Shown one piece after another: positions 25,717 through 38,172 of a stretch of DNA of 64,000 bases (position 1 is its first letter; each line of letters begins with the position of its first letter). A program made the translations under genes and the position numbers. The stretch is from contig NC_068999.1 of NCBI RefSeq assembly GCF_001194135.2, forward strand, positions 50,902,326 through 50,966,325, read 5' to 3'. Below the pieces are notes generated by a model, which saw only the letters and a list, made by a program, of their open reading frames with translations, did not search any database and was not told the DNA's origin. Source of the stretch: Octopus bimaculoides (lineage: Eukaryota).

Positions 25717-26525
25717 CAGTGCTTCTTAAACTATGGATCACGAACCCATTTGGAGTCGTGAAGCGAAATGCTGGGGATCAGGAAAATTAAATTCAGACAC
25801 TTAAATTTCAATGTATGTTATTTCACAAACGCACGATATTTAACGTGATGTGCCACGCGAGCGCTGCTTTAATAAAAACGTACGTGCGGCACAGTGGCGC
25901 CTAGTGCTGTGACAACGTATGTAGTGCAGTTGGTTGATAGTGTTCATCTTAAGTGTATAAATAACAATGCATGTTACTATTTCATTCGATTGAGGTCGGT
26001 ATTTATATAAACAATTTCATAATTATTTTATGAAACGTTCTGTTATTTATATTTCCAAATAATAATAGTTTAGCTCATGGATAAATGGCTGAACTTGAGT
26101 AACAAACGTATTAACTCAGATGGCAATGCTACATAGTCTGTTCAAGCAGGACCTAGTAATCAGAAAGACGCACCAAAGATGCGAAAAAGTAAATACTGTG
26201 AGTCATTTCTCCAATTTGGCTTTACTTTTAATAATAGCGATGGTATGGAGCAACCTCTTTGTTTAATTTGCAATAACGTTTTGGCCGTGGAGAGTATGAA
26301 ACCCTCAAAACTATAAAGGCATCTTGAATTCAAACATCATTCATACGTCAAGAAACCAAAGATATATTTTGAAAGACTGTTTATATTTTCGAATTTTGAG
26401 AAATTTATGATTATCAACAAAAAGCATTTATCAGCGTCATTCAAAGTTTCATACTTAATTGCTAAAAATAAAAGCCATACACCTTTGTGGGAAAGAGCTT
26501 TTATAACCTGCCGCTATAATCGTTA
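25717..26525 (+). mobile_element. hAT (Buster/Charlie-type) DNA transposon, left end with TIR, 3'-truncated
   Basis: A TIR-like CAGTGCTTCTTAAACT at 25717-25732 is followed by ~350 bp of subterminal sequence and then a transposase N-terminus from the ATG at 26077. Confidence 0.9.
26077..26525 (+). pseudogene. Buster-type hAT transposase N-terminus with BED zinc finger (ZBED5/ZBED8-like family), decayed
   Basis: Translation reads MDKWL..KYCESFLQFGFTF..QPLCLICNNVLAVESMKPSKL*RHLEFKH..KPKIYFERL..SASFKVSYLIAKNKSHT, then in a shifted frame GKELL*PAAI. These are the family motifs C-x2-C..MKPSKLxRHLxxKH and ASxxVxxLIAKxKKPHTIGExLIxPAA. Confidence 0.9.
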
Positions 26526-29148
26526 TAGAGGTAATATAGTCATAATCTTTAGCTCTTCTTACTTTTTGGTCCAGGCTCAAGTAGCTCTCCTCAGGAGCTA
26601 GCTTAAAAGTTCGCACGGACTGCGGCTTTTAAGCTACTGTGTAGATAGATGGAAATTAATACACAAAACTACCTCGATGTATTTATTTCTATACCTGTAA
26701 ATACCAGATATATTCATTGTTTTAACAATTCCCTAATTAAATTATTAGCTTATGAAATGGCAAGAGATAAGGCTACGCTTTTTCTATCGGTAGTAAGAGA
26801 CTAACAGTGTATTAATTAAATATTAACTCAGAGGAGACTATGGATGTGGAATCTTCATGTGGAGTAAATCCGATTTAAATTTTACTGAAACCACGAAAAT
26901 GTACAGATCTATTTACTTCAATGTGCTTCTTCGTCAGTTCCGCTCTACTATAATTATACGAACATAATTAAATATAGGTGAACGGATAGATATATGTTTT
27001 ATGGACTCTCAGTATAATGCCCCTCATAAATTTATAGATCTATATCGCTCTAACTAATGTTAGTATGCTGGGCAGTTAGGATTTTGAGACTGGGACTTCG
27101 GTGTTGAATATCTACCACGATAATTAAGAATCAATTATCAAAGATCTTGATGTGCGGAAAAAGACCCTCTAAAGCCTCTGACAACAGGTTACTGTCCGCT
27201 CTCACAAAACCAACCAGAGAAAAATAAGACCGAGCGCTCTGAGAAGTAAGACAACAACAGCAACGATAGTAATAATTATAATCACAATAAACCTGATACG
27301 ACCTTTCGGTAAGTTTTATCATATGAGCAACTAAAAATTGTCCAAACTATCGAATATTCTGATCACTATATCTTCGTTTTTCAGATGGCTTCTTTAATCA
27401 TTGGAACGTAATTAGCCTTTCTATATGCTTTATTTATTGATTTTTAAAAATTTCTTTATTCATTACTTTTTTTCTCTCTGTGAGTTACTTTTATAGTTGT
27501 TTTTGAAAAACATTCTTTCTGCCACTTGTTTATTGTCTTTGTTTCTAATCATCGCTCTTGTTATTTTCTCTACATTTTTTTTTGTTATAATATTTTACTA
27601 CATATTTTTATGTATTACTTTCTTTTTCTGTCGTAATTTCAAACTTCATTAATGAACGTGTTCATTAAATCTTCTGATAACTTCAACAATGAAGTAAAAG
27701 AGAGTGCGATGGTTTCATATATCAAATGATATATCAAATCATCACATGTTCTCAGTTGCCTCAGGAAAATTAAATAGATTGCATCTGCTACATTTCTACA
27801 ATGCATTATTTCTCTTGCACTAAACACCCAAATGTTCAAATAAAATATAACAACGATAAATCACTGTTCGAAACAACACATATCCTCAAAATATCCGTCT
27901 ACGCTAATATATCTCACTCCTGTTATCTCAAACCACGATACTCCAGCCATGACCATCACGACTTTTTGTATATATGACACTACATTGTGTCTTTATTATT
28001 TCCAGACGTTACGTTCAAATATTTAAGGATATCTGGCTGCTAGTTATAGGTTATTGATCCTTAATGAACGCCTGTCTTCATTAGGTCGTGTACATTCATG
28101 TATTCTCCTTGACACATGTATGTGCTCTTATCCACATTGAATCATGTACCCCTATCTTCATTGCTTCGTGAATGTACCTCAGTCTACATTCTCTCATGTA
28201 AATATCTTTATCTTTATCTTCATACATAAATGCATCTAAATACAGAGAGGATGATCTGGTTAACAGTACTTTGATCATAGACATCTTGATCAGAACCGGA
28301 TTTGATCTAAACAAGAATATTATTTGCAACATTTATGGAAGATTAAAATAAAAAAAATTATTGCTCATTTCAGTGGAAATTTATTTGAGAATATTATAAT
28401 TCGTAACCGTTTTAAACAGTATATGCTTCTAACTTAACAGATTTACACTAATCTGAATTGTTAACTTACTTAACAAAATATTTTAACACAAGTTGGTGTA
28501 AAATTGTATGTATTATACAAAAGTATGTCTTATAAAAAAAATATCCTGCTGCCGTGATTTTGAAGTGCAACAGGTGTTCTAAATAGACTTAGACCGTAAT
28601 ATATTGCGATTTAATAATAGCGAATAATACAACAAATGGTGTTTAAAAAGAAACACAGCTACTTACAGTGGAAGCCTAATAATTTACTTTAAAGTGATAA
28701 AACTTAGTCTATTTCCTTTGTTGCACTTATTTCTCTTTTTGTCAAATCCGGTTTTTTATAGATATTTTATTTTCACTTAATTCATAGTAGAATCCTTTTG
28801 TTACCCGCTTAAAAACCTATTTCGTTTTTTTTTTCTTTTGTGTTACTCCTTATAATAAAGTGTATATTATCTCATTTATTTAAAACCCTCTTCTTGGTTC
28901 TTTTCTTCTGTAGTGCTATATCCTTCTATGTTGATTTTTACTGTGTTTACTTATTGAGTAGCGGTCGATGACAATATCATTGGAATATAACATAGCATTT
29001 GATTATTTTCTCGCTCATAAGTTTCAGTAGTAGTTTTGTTGTAAAGAGTTTTTCGTATCTGTTAATTTCAATTCAGAAATTTCTATTGTTATCTACTGTG
29101 TTAAAATATTGAGATATAAGGCAGTTATCTATAATATAATATATTGTT

Positions 29149-29152
<4 letters not shown>

Positions 29153-29221
<69 letters not shown>

Positions 29222-29275
29222 GACAGACAGACAGACAGATAAACAGACAGACACACACACACATAGAGAGAGAAC
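29153..29275. repeat. (GA)n-(GACA)n-(CA)n microsatellite
   Basis: Directly visible. Confidence 0.95.
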
Positions 29276-29644
29276 CAAAAGAAATTATATTAAAATAGAT
29301 TTTGTTGAGTGGCAAATTTATGAAGAAAAACTTGGTCAAAATATAATTTCTGTATTAATCATGTTTTTCTTTGCACAGGAACGGGGGATATTTTTGATAT
29401 TTTATCTTTTACGTATTTCCCTCACTGTGGCACCGCTTGAAGGGATTTGGTTGAACAAATTGCCCCTAGTACTTATGTCGTTAAAACTGGCATGCGTCAT
29501 GTCGACCTCCTTTACCGAGCAACTAGTTCGTGGTGACGTAAGCAAAGCAACAGAAATATGCACATACACGCACATACATGTGTGTGCGTGTGTGTATGTG
29601 TGTATGTGTGTATGTGTATGTGTGTGTGCAACGGGCCTCCATAC

Positions 29645-29750
29645 TCTTTCTGTCTACCAATTTCTCTCACTAGGCGAGGACACTTGACCAACTTGAACCT
29701 GAAATGATATTTCTAAGCGAGCTGCTTTACGACACAGCCATGCCGCACCT
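29645..29750 (-). mobile_element. SINE family C, degenerate head
   Basis: TTCTGTCTACCAATTTCTCTCAC..GACACTTG..ACTTGAACCTGAAA..GCTGCTTTACGACACAGCCATGCCGCACC is the reverse complement of the family C 5' end. Confidence 0.55.
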
Positions 29751-30234
29751 ATTTACATTACTTACATAGTTATATTACAGTAGTTTTTGTTGAGGAGTCT
29801 ATTCACTAATTAATACATTGGTTATACATATGTATTATCGTATTTGTTCATAAATTTTGCTGACTTCTATTATATCTTATACTATAATAGGAGATATTGC
29901 CGAAATCGTTGGTTGAGATTCATGTCATCATAAATGCAAATAGAAACGAGACGCTGATTGATATCAAATTTATTCAAACATCCTCGTGTCATCTAGTCAC
30001 GAAATCACAATACATCTTTAATATTGAACATTAGCATTCTACTTAAATGTACAATACTGAAGTACGTGACATCTTCTCATATATAGGCTTTCAATGATAT
30101 AGAAATGCGCGTGAATTGTATGAAGCTTCTTTTTATTATTTAGGGAGAAAGCTAGCACCAAGTCACATCTAGTTCTTACTCCAAAATTATGATATCGCTT
30201 GAGCTGCATTTCATTTTGGAACTTTTGCAAAGAA

Positions 30235-30940
30235 ATAGAGGAAGAGACACTGAAGGTCAGGTGTGAAATTCCGTGAAGTTCTACCCGTACAGAGTGGCTC
30301 TGACTGTAATTAACTCTTTTCGTATTTTGAATTTGGTCCTTCAACCACTCATCGACACCTGCGTGCCATCGGAAAAAATCAGCAAATTGTGTCAATGAGT
30401 TCCTCACAAACTTTCCAAGTCTAACTGTGTGCAGAGTGTGAATGTCTGCTCTTGTTTGCTGTCTGAATGGCGACTAGTGACGAGAAATGTGTTCTTTATA
30501 TGAATGTCAAGCGCCGAAGACATTGGGCAGGGAAGGGATAAACAGCGGTACCTCAGGCTAAAAAAGGTTTTTACCCACGTAATGTGTTGTTATCTGGTAG
30601 TATATGAAAGGTTTAGTCCACTTTGAACTTTTAAACTCAAACCAAACAATAACAAAGGTGATCTACTGCGAGCAGCTTGAGCGGCTCAAGTCAGCGGTAG
30701 ATGAAAAACGATCATCTTTGTATGCAAGACGAAAGTTTTGTCTTCCATCAGAATAATGATCGGCCATATACAGTGAAGATGAAATTCCAAAGGCTGGCGC
30801 AGTTTGGATGGAAAAGGATGCCCCACCCACCACATTCGCCGGACATTGTCCCATCTGATTATCGTTTATTCCGATCTTTAAAATTATTTGAACAGACAAA
30901 ATATGAATTCTGTAGAGGAAGTCAGAAGAGTACTGGAAGA
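30235..30940 (+). mobile_element. mariner (DD34D) transposase remnant, linker and catalytic region
   Basis: Across frameshifts it reads FGPSTTHRHLRAIGK.SKLCQ*VPHKLSKSN..TSDEKCVLYMNVKRRRHW..KGLVHFELLNSNQTIT..YCEQLERLKSAVDEKR..VFHQNNDRPYT..FGWKRMPHPPHSPDIVPSDYRLFRSL..NMNSVEEVRRVLEE. There are 34 residues between the (mutated) second D and the D of SDY. Confidence 0.93.
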
Positions 30941-31000
30941 AATCAGTTGCCCAATGTGAAGTGCAGTGGAACTGAACCCGAAACCAAGCCGTTGCTAAGT
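30938..31000 (-). mobile_element. SINE family C head fragment directly adjoining the mariner remnant
   Basis: TTGCCCAATGTG..GTGCAGTGGAACTGAACCCGAAACC is the reverse complement of the family C B-box region. Confidence 0.55.
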
Positions 31001-31364
31001 GATAGTCTTAACCGAACATCCATACCTGATCTTATATAATAAAATTCAGATAATTTTATTAATGAGTTAAAGCGCCTTTGTAACACAAACAAAAAGTTAC
31101 ATTTTGAATAGAGTTGTAATAAATAATGAATAAATTAATTAATATATGAATAAATATGAGCATCATATCTTCTGGGTGTACACTGTTGATTTTGTTTCAT
31201 TAAAGCGCAAATCGAGGAGAGTGTGAAATATTAAGAAATTCAACATCTTATTTCTGGGTGTACAAAGATTTTGCGATGTTTTCGTAGTTCCAATTCACAT
31301 AGGATTTTTATATTTTTATAATGTGTTCTTTGGTAATTCTTGACAACAAGTTTTGGAGTGTTTA

Positions 31365-31500
31365 CGACCTCTCAACTTAGAGTTTCGGCAAAGACACGAG
31401 AGAATATGTACAAAGTGACAGACAGGATAAGTAGAGAAACATTGCAAGGCGATGCTCCATTATAGCCGCAGTCAAATGACCGAAATAAGTAAAAGAATAA
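31365..31500 (+). mobile_element. SINE family C, 3' end
   Basis: AACTTAGAGTTTCGGCAAAGA..AAGGCGATGCTCCATTATAGCCGCAGTCAAATGACCGAAATAAGTAAAAGAATAA. Confidence 0.7.
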
Positions 31501-32347
31501 AATAATAAAATATGATAATGAATTGTATAACAGGCTGAATAAAATATTTTGTTTACTGTAGAATTATAAGCAATTTGCTGTATATAAGTTGTGGCAATGG
31601 AATCATATACGAACCCTCAAGTGGCTTATTGTCGTGTGCCAGAGTGGCCGAAATCCAATAACTGAAACGCGTAAAAGATAAAACACTTAACGCACTAACA
31701 AAATATCACCTCCAGTTAAAAATAAACCGTTTATTATGTTTTGTTGTTAATGTTTAAGGATTTGCTTCCTGATGTATCCATAACACAGATGTTCTGGTAG
31801 CATGACTAAATGCTAAGTATACATAATGAAATGGGTTTAGCTATTATTAGGGATAATGTTTTCTCTAAATACACAAGTAAACAGATGGTGCAGATACTGA
31901 TGGCAACCTGTGCAACAGGCGAGGTAATTGTGCCAGATCGGGTGGGATACTGGCATACATGTCTGCTACTTTATTACATGTTTGGTTTGTCTGTTTGTTT
32001 GAGCGGGTGTGAGAGTTATTTCATGATAACTAGCGCAGTATAGCTTGTTCTAACAGAACATCTATGTTTGAGTGGGGAAAAATATTACCTCAAAATATTG
32101 TATATCTGAATGGAATTATAATACGAGGTTCAAAACATTGGTCTTCAGGATATTGATGTATTGATATTTTGTAACATTTTGTATAGGAAATGCATGCTGT
32201 TATGTGGGCGATTTTAAATTATCCTTACATCGGCCTCAATCCAGTATACACAGAATACACAGATCCTCTCCATTGCAAGGGTAATCACTCCGTGTATTTT
32301 TTTTTCGGATACAGTCTTCAGGCCTCGGCTGAAACCAGTCAAAGATA

Positions 32348-32384
<37 letters not shown>

Positions 32385-33659
32385 ATAGATATATTCTCCA
32401 TTTTTTAAAGAAAAACAAATAAAAGCAAACAAGCAACAAGGAGTTAGGTAATTTGACAAATAATCGATTGCTTTTAGGATAAAATTTGTTGGATACTTAG
32501 ATAGTTGTCTTATTGAAAAACAGGAAGAAATTACTAAAATTATTGAGTGTTTACAATTATATCAATATTCTTAGGGAAGACAGTGAAACCAGAATGTCGT
32601 TCTTATTTGTCAGGAAATTACATTTTAGCCAAGCTTAATGGTTATGTGCTGCATGATATCTTGCAATGTTTTCCTTGAGATCTTTATAGTATAAAATAAT
32701 CGTTTTTTTAAGAAATAGGTAGATTTTAAATTGTATGCTTGTCATAAAAACTTTGCTAGCAAAAAATGTTGATTTTGGTTTACTGACGTCTTAGATACAT
32801 AAAATATTAGAACTAGATTCCAAGTACAGGGTTCGTGGCAACCGACTATTTTTTCCGACGTTGGTGTCTCAGTATGGTCTCTGATTAGTGGCTGAAACCA
32901 GTAAATGAACGAAACAAGATTAGACTAACAATTATCGAATTTATGTTAAATGTTATGTTATAATGCTATCAGTTTCAAGAATTCTTCTTGAAATAAATAA
33001 CTTGCACATCTTCATATAGATAAGTTTATATGGCCTTAAATTTCAAACGATATTGTATAAATTTCAAACAATATTGTCATTGCCCCTATACTCTATTTGT
33101 TATAGATCATCTTGATCAAACGTGCCTGCAAGAACCAACGATAACTGAAATGCCCGAAAAGGGGAGAAAAACAGGAATATTTTCCCTTAATATTGATTGA
33201 ATTTAGCGTTGAGATTGAACCACTACGACTAATATTTACTTATGAAAACCCGAAAAATACCATTGACATAATTCATTGATATTGGCGCATTTTGCTTTAA
33301 TTAATCGCAAACATAGGACGGGCAGATTTCCAGTGTCAACTTCGAGGAATTCCCCGAAGCCTTCATTTAATGTTAATATATGCGGGTTGCCAAAAAAATT
33401 ATTGCTACTGATATAAGCCGTGATCGGGAAAGAAACATTCATAAAAGCAATGTGCGAAGTGAAATAAACAAAGTCGAAACAATATAAGATAATATATAGT
33501 GTAATGTATAACAGTTATTTGCTTTAGAAATGAGATTTGTAGCGTTAAACATTACAAACTACTTCACATAAAGAACTTGAAAGGGTTCTGTTTACAATTT
33601 TGATTCAATTGCCTGGTTTTCTTTTATCGTATATCTACTACTAGTAACATAAATGTTAT

Positions 33660-33730
33660 TATTATTTCTACTGCTACTACAACTACTACCACTGTTGCTA
33701 CCTGTAGTTATGATGGTTATGGTGGTGGTT

Positions 33731-33800
<70 letters not shown>

Positions 33801-33810
33801 AAGTAGCAGA
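33660..33810. repeat. (CTA)/(GGT)/(GTA)n trinucleotide array
   Basis: Directly visible. Confidence 0.93.
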
Positions 33811-35059
33811 GTGAGTCATTCATTTTGGCTGAATAATGAAGTAATATTGATAAATAATTTATTCCATTTCTTCGTTTATATTTGCGATTGTTTAGCGACC
33901 CTACCCCCACTAACTCTATATATACACCCACATACATACGCACACGCACACACACACGCACACACACACACATATATATATATATATANNNNNNNNNNNN
34001 NNNNNNNNNNNNNNNNNNNNNNNNNNNNNNNNNNNNNNNNNNNNNNNNNNNNNNNNNNNNNNNNNNNNNNNNNNNNNNNNNNNNNNNNNNNNNNNNNNNN
34101 NNNNNNNNNNNNNNNNNNNNNNNNNNNNNNNNNNNNNNNNNNNNNNNNNNNNNNNNNNNNNNNNNNNNNNNNNNNNNNNNNNNNNNNNNNNNNNNNNNNN
34201 NNNNNNNNNNNNNNNNNNNNNNNNNNNNNNNNNNNNNNNNNNNNNNNNNNNNNNNNNNNNNNNNNNNNNNNNNNNNNNNNNNNNNNNNNNNNNNNNNNNN
34301 NNNNNNNNNNNNNNNNNNNNNNNNNNNNNNNNNNNNNNNNNNNNNNNNNNNNNNNNNNNNNNNNNNNNNNNNNNNNNNNNNNNNNNNNNNNNNNNNNNNN
34401 NNNNNNNNNNNNNNNNNNNNNNNNNNNATATATATATATATATACACACACAAACTTGTTACCAGTTCAAGTGTGCTTGAGGTACATTCGAAGCCATATG
34501 AAAGTCATTCATTGCACTTGGTCATGGAGAAAATTTCTCCTGTTTGTCTACAGCGAAGAATTTTCTCCATGATAAAATACAGCGAATAGCTTTCTTACGT
34601 GTTCGAATATCCCAGAAGCATATTGGAACTAGTATCAATACTACATATGCCTACACACATGCACACACACATACACAGAAAAACACACACATACACAGAG
34701 ACACACACACACATATAGATATTGCCGCATATTCCGATGGCCAGTGTAATAAATAAGAAAAATAATAAATAAATATGCAACAGAAAAGAAAAACGACAAC
34801 AATCAAATATTGTCTTACTTCTTTTTAAGTAAGGGGTACTCTTTCCTCGCGGTAACAATTATATAAATTAATGCTCAACTTGGTTGCACCTGTTGATGTA
34901 TCCTTATACGTTCCAGGTTAATTGGGTGAATGATGACTCATTCCCACACATCTATCAAAATTATTTTAAGTAATGTTAGCTAACGCTTCAATTACTGTGA
35001 TTAATAGTTAGTTAACATTCTAGTTTCTGCAATAATATTTATAATATTCACTTAAATTG

Positions 35060-35292
35060 ATTCTGTACCCGTCCTGGAAAAATTGTGTGAACTCACTGAA
35101 AATTAAAATGGACTTTGTCTGGTGGCGGATCCATCGGTCAAGATTGGGCATAGGTTTGCCCATGTATGTGCAGGCCTGGCAATTATTTTTGGTATTTGCT
35201 CGCTCCTTCAAATCTATCCTCTACACGTTTGACCCAGAGAAATGACGCTGACGTAGGGTCGATATAATTTAAGAAGAAGAAGAAGAAGAAGA
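35060..35292 (+). mobile_element. possible non-LTR retroelement 3' end with an (AAG)n tail
   Basis: A GC-richer 200-bp block ends directly in (AGA)n at 35271-35292. No diagnostic protein motif was seen. Confidence 0.3.
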
Positions 35293-35295
35293 ATG

Positions 35296-35337
<42 letters not shown>

Positions 35338-36023
35338 ATGTATGTATGCATTTATGCATATATATATANNNNNNNNNNNNNNNNNNNNNNNNNNNNNNNN
35401 NNNNNNNNNNNNNNNNNNNNNNNNNNNNNNNNNNNNNNNNNNNNNNNNNNNNNNNNNNNNNNNNNNNNNNNNNNNNNNNNNNNNNNNNNNNNNNNNNNNN
35501 NNNNNNNNNNNNNNNNNNNNNNNNNNNNNNNNNNNNNNNNNNNNNNNNNNNNNNNNNNNNNNNNNNNNNNNNNNNNNNNNNNNNNNNNNNNNNNNNNNNN
35601 NNNNNNNNNNNNNNNNNNNNNNNNNNNNNNNNNNNNNNNNNNNNNNNNNNNNNNNNNNNNNNNNNNNNNNNNNNNNNNNNNNNNNNNNNNNNNNNNNNNN
35701 NNNNNNNNNNNNNNNNNNNNNNNNNNNNNNNNNNNNNNNNNNNNNNNNNNNNNNNNNNNNNNNNNNNNNNNNNNNNNNNNNNNNNNNNNNNNNNNNNNNN
35801 NNNNNNNNNNNNNNNNNNNNNNNNNNNNNNNNNNNNNNNNNNNNNNNNNNNNNNNNNNNNNNNNNNNNNNNNNNNNNNNNNNNNNNNNNNNNNNNNNNNN
35901 NNNNNNNNNNNNNNNNNNNNNNNNNNNNNNNNNNNNNNNNNNNNNNNNNNNNNNNNNNNNNNNNNNNNNNNNNNNNNNNNNNNNNNNNNNNNNNNNNNNN
36001 NNNNNNNNNNNNNNNNNNNNNNN

Positions 36024-36055
<32 letters not shown>

Positions 36056-37669
36056 ATATATATAGTCAGATTAAACGAAATTTCTTAGGAAATGATGAAT
36101 AAAGAATTTAAATAAAAATCTGAATAAATTGACAGCGGAACGCTTCAACGTCACATGCAACTCAATTTCAAAACACAGTGATACCATCGATATGGCTTTC
36201 GTATAAAAATAGAATTGTTGGAACATCGGGTAGAATACCTTGTGGTATTTAATTACAGTACTTTACGATCTCAGGTTAAATAATTTTCCTTTTCTTCCAT
36301 CGCGGATCGATAAAATAGAGTATCTGTCAAGATCTAGTGTCGATAATGTCACCTAAGTCCTCCAGTAAAACTACTGCTCTCGTTTCAAAATTAAACAGTA
36401 TCATCATAGTCTTTTTTTCTCTTGAAATTTATATGCACGTAAGAATAAATAGAAGGTACTGATTAATGAATTAAATAATAGCGTGATTTCAAGGAATATC
36501 ATTGCAACAATTTTCAGAATAATACGATTGCTTTATGAGATTCATAAAGATCAGAAAAAAGTTGGCGGTCTAAATCTTTGCAATCATTAATGTTAATGAA
36601 GTAAAGTGGTGAATGGCAAAAGCTAGAAACTGGCCTTGTACTTTTAGCTTACCTGTATTTTAAGCAACTCGCATATATTGTATGGTTTAAATCTGAATGA
36701 GTGTACATTGAGAAATTAACGCTCACTGTAGTGAATGCTGAAATTCATCTCTATTCTATCTATTACTTTTTGTTATTTCTCGTTTACCTATGCCCTCGTG
36801 TTGGAAATTGCCCGTCACGTAACTTCCTTATCTTTAATTTTCATTTTGCTAATAAAATAGAGAATTCACATACTGCAGAAAGAGATCACACCTGCTAGGA
36901 ATATTATATAAACAATTTAGAAAATTAAACTATTTAACGTGCAGCGAAGATCAATGGTTGAATTAATTTCCCTAATTCTTCTGCTTGTTTATGGGTGTAG
37001 ATTTAATGAGATATCAGCTTTCATTTCAACTTCAATTTCTGCTTAAAGACCTTCAGTAGTTTCAATAACCGAAATGTAAACTATATAATTGAAAGCCAAC
37101 TTGCAATTACCTCTACGTTGCTATCTAATGGGCATATTCCTAGATTAATTCTATACGAGTTCAATGAATCCCTATACGGTAACAGCGTTGTGATAGGAAT
37201 TCGCCTTATAATTAATGAAACCTCACGTCACTCAAAGTCAAACGCAAAAACCACAGATTCCATAGAATATTATGCAGCTCAACGGAGAGTTGGATTCATC
37301 TTTCATGTTCTTCACTTAAAGACGTGTCCCTAGCAAAAACATAATTTTGAACATCTGGATGTAGAAATGCTGACAGTGGTCCATCTATGTAACCTAAATA
37401 CTCTAAGGGATTACCAAATGGAATTACAATAGAGAGCCCTGATCTACGTAAACTATCAGGTAGTCTGCTTTGCACAAAACGATACAGAGGGAAATCCGTT
37501 CGCCTTTGGCAGCGCCGAATGCTTTTGAGAATATATCATACACTGCATAGAAACTAAGGCGTTGATTTATATGATTTATATTCATAAATGAGCGAATAAA
37601 ATTTTAAACGTGAATTGTGACGTTTCAAAATCGTTGTTGTCAGTCATCTTAACGGCGAGTCGGTATACA

Positions 37670-37859
37670 TGCTTACACACACACATACACATACACATAC
37701 ACACACACTCGCACGCACATACACATACTGGCACATACGCAAACACTAAAACGAACACACAAATGTATATATATGTTTTATTTTCTGTTCGCTGAGAGAG
37801 AGAGAGTGTATGTGTGTGTGTGTGTGGTGTGTGTGAAAGAGGAGGGAGAGGGGGTGAGA

Positions 37860-37945
<86 letters not shown>
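37670..37945. repeat. (CA)/(GA)/(TG)/(TA)n microsatellite region
   Basis: Directly visible. Confidence 0.93.
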
Positions 37946-37948
<3 letters not shown>

Positions 37949-38137
37949 GCCATGATAGATCGCTGACCACTAAACACATTTTTTTATCTCCTTGTTTCTT
38001 TGTGTGTTCCTTTCTGTGGAAGAGCGTAGGCTTGAAACGTTAAAGACTTTTTCACTTCCCGAGTGTTATATTAATACATCTATTTGTTTTCTACACCACC
38101 TGTCTTCGTCTGTTGTATTTTTTCTGAATTCTCCCTA

Positions 38138-38172
<35 letters not shown>

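Noticed and set aside
28096-28332. 78-aa ORF with splice-like sites
   Set aside because: Part of it (CTGATCAAGATGTCTATGATCAAAGT) resembles a small interspersed repeat with related pieces near 8200, 20740 and 27945.
29109-29687. 192-aa ORF
   Set aside because: It is lengthened by (GA)n, (GACA)n and (TG)n tracts, ends in a SINE fragment, and has no domain.
30039-30407. 122-aa minus-strand ORF
   Set aside because: It is largely antisense to the mariner remnant on the plus strand.
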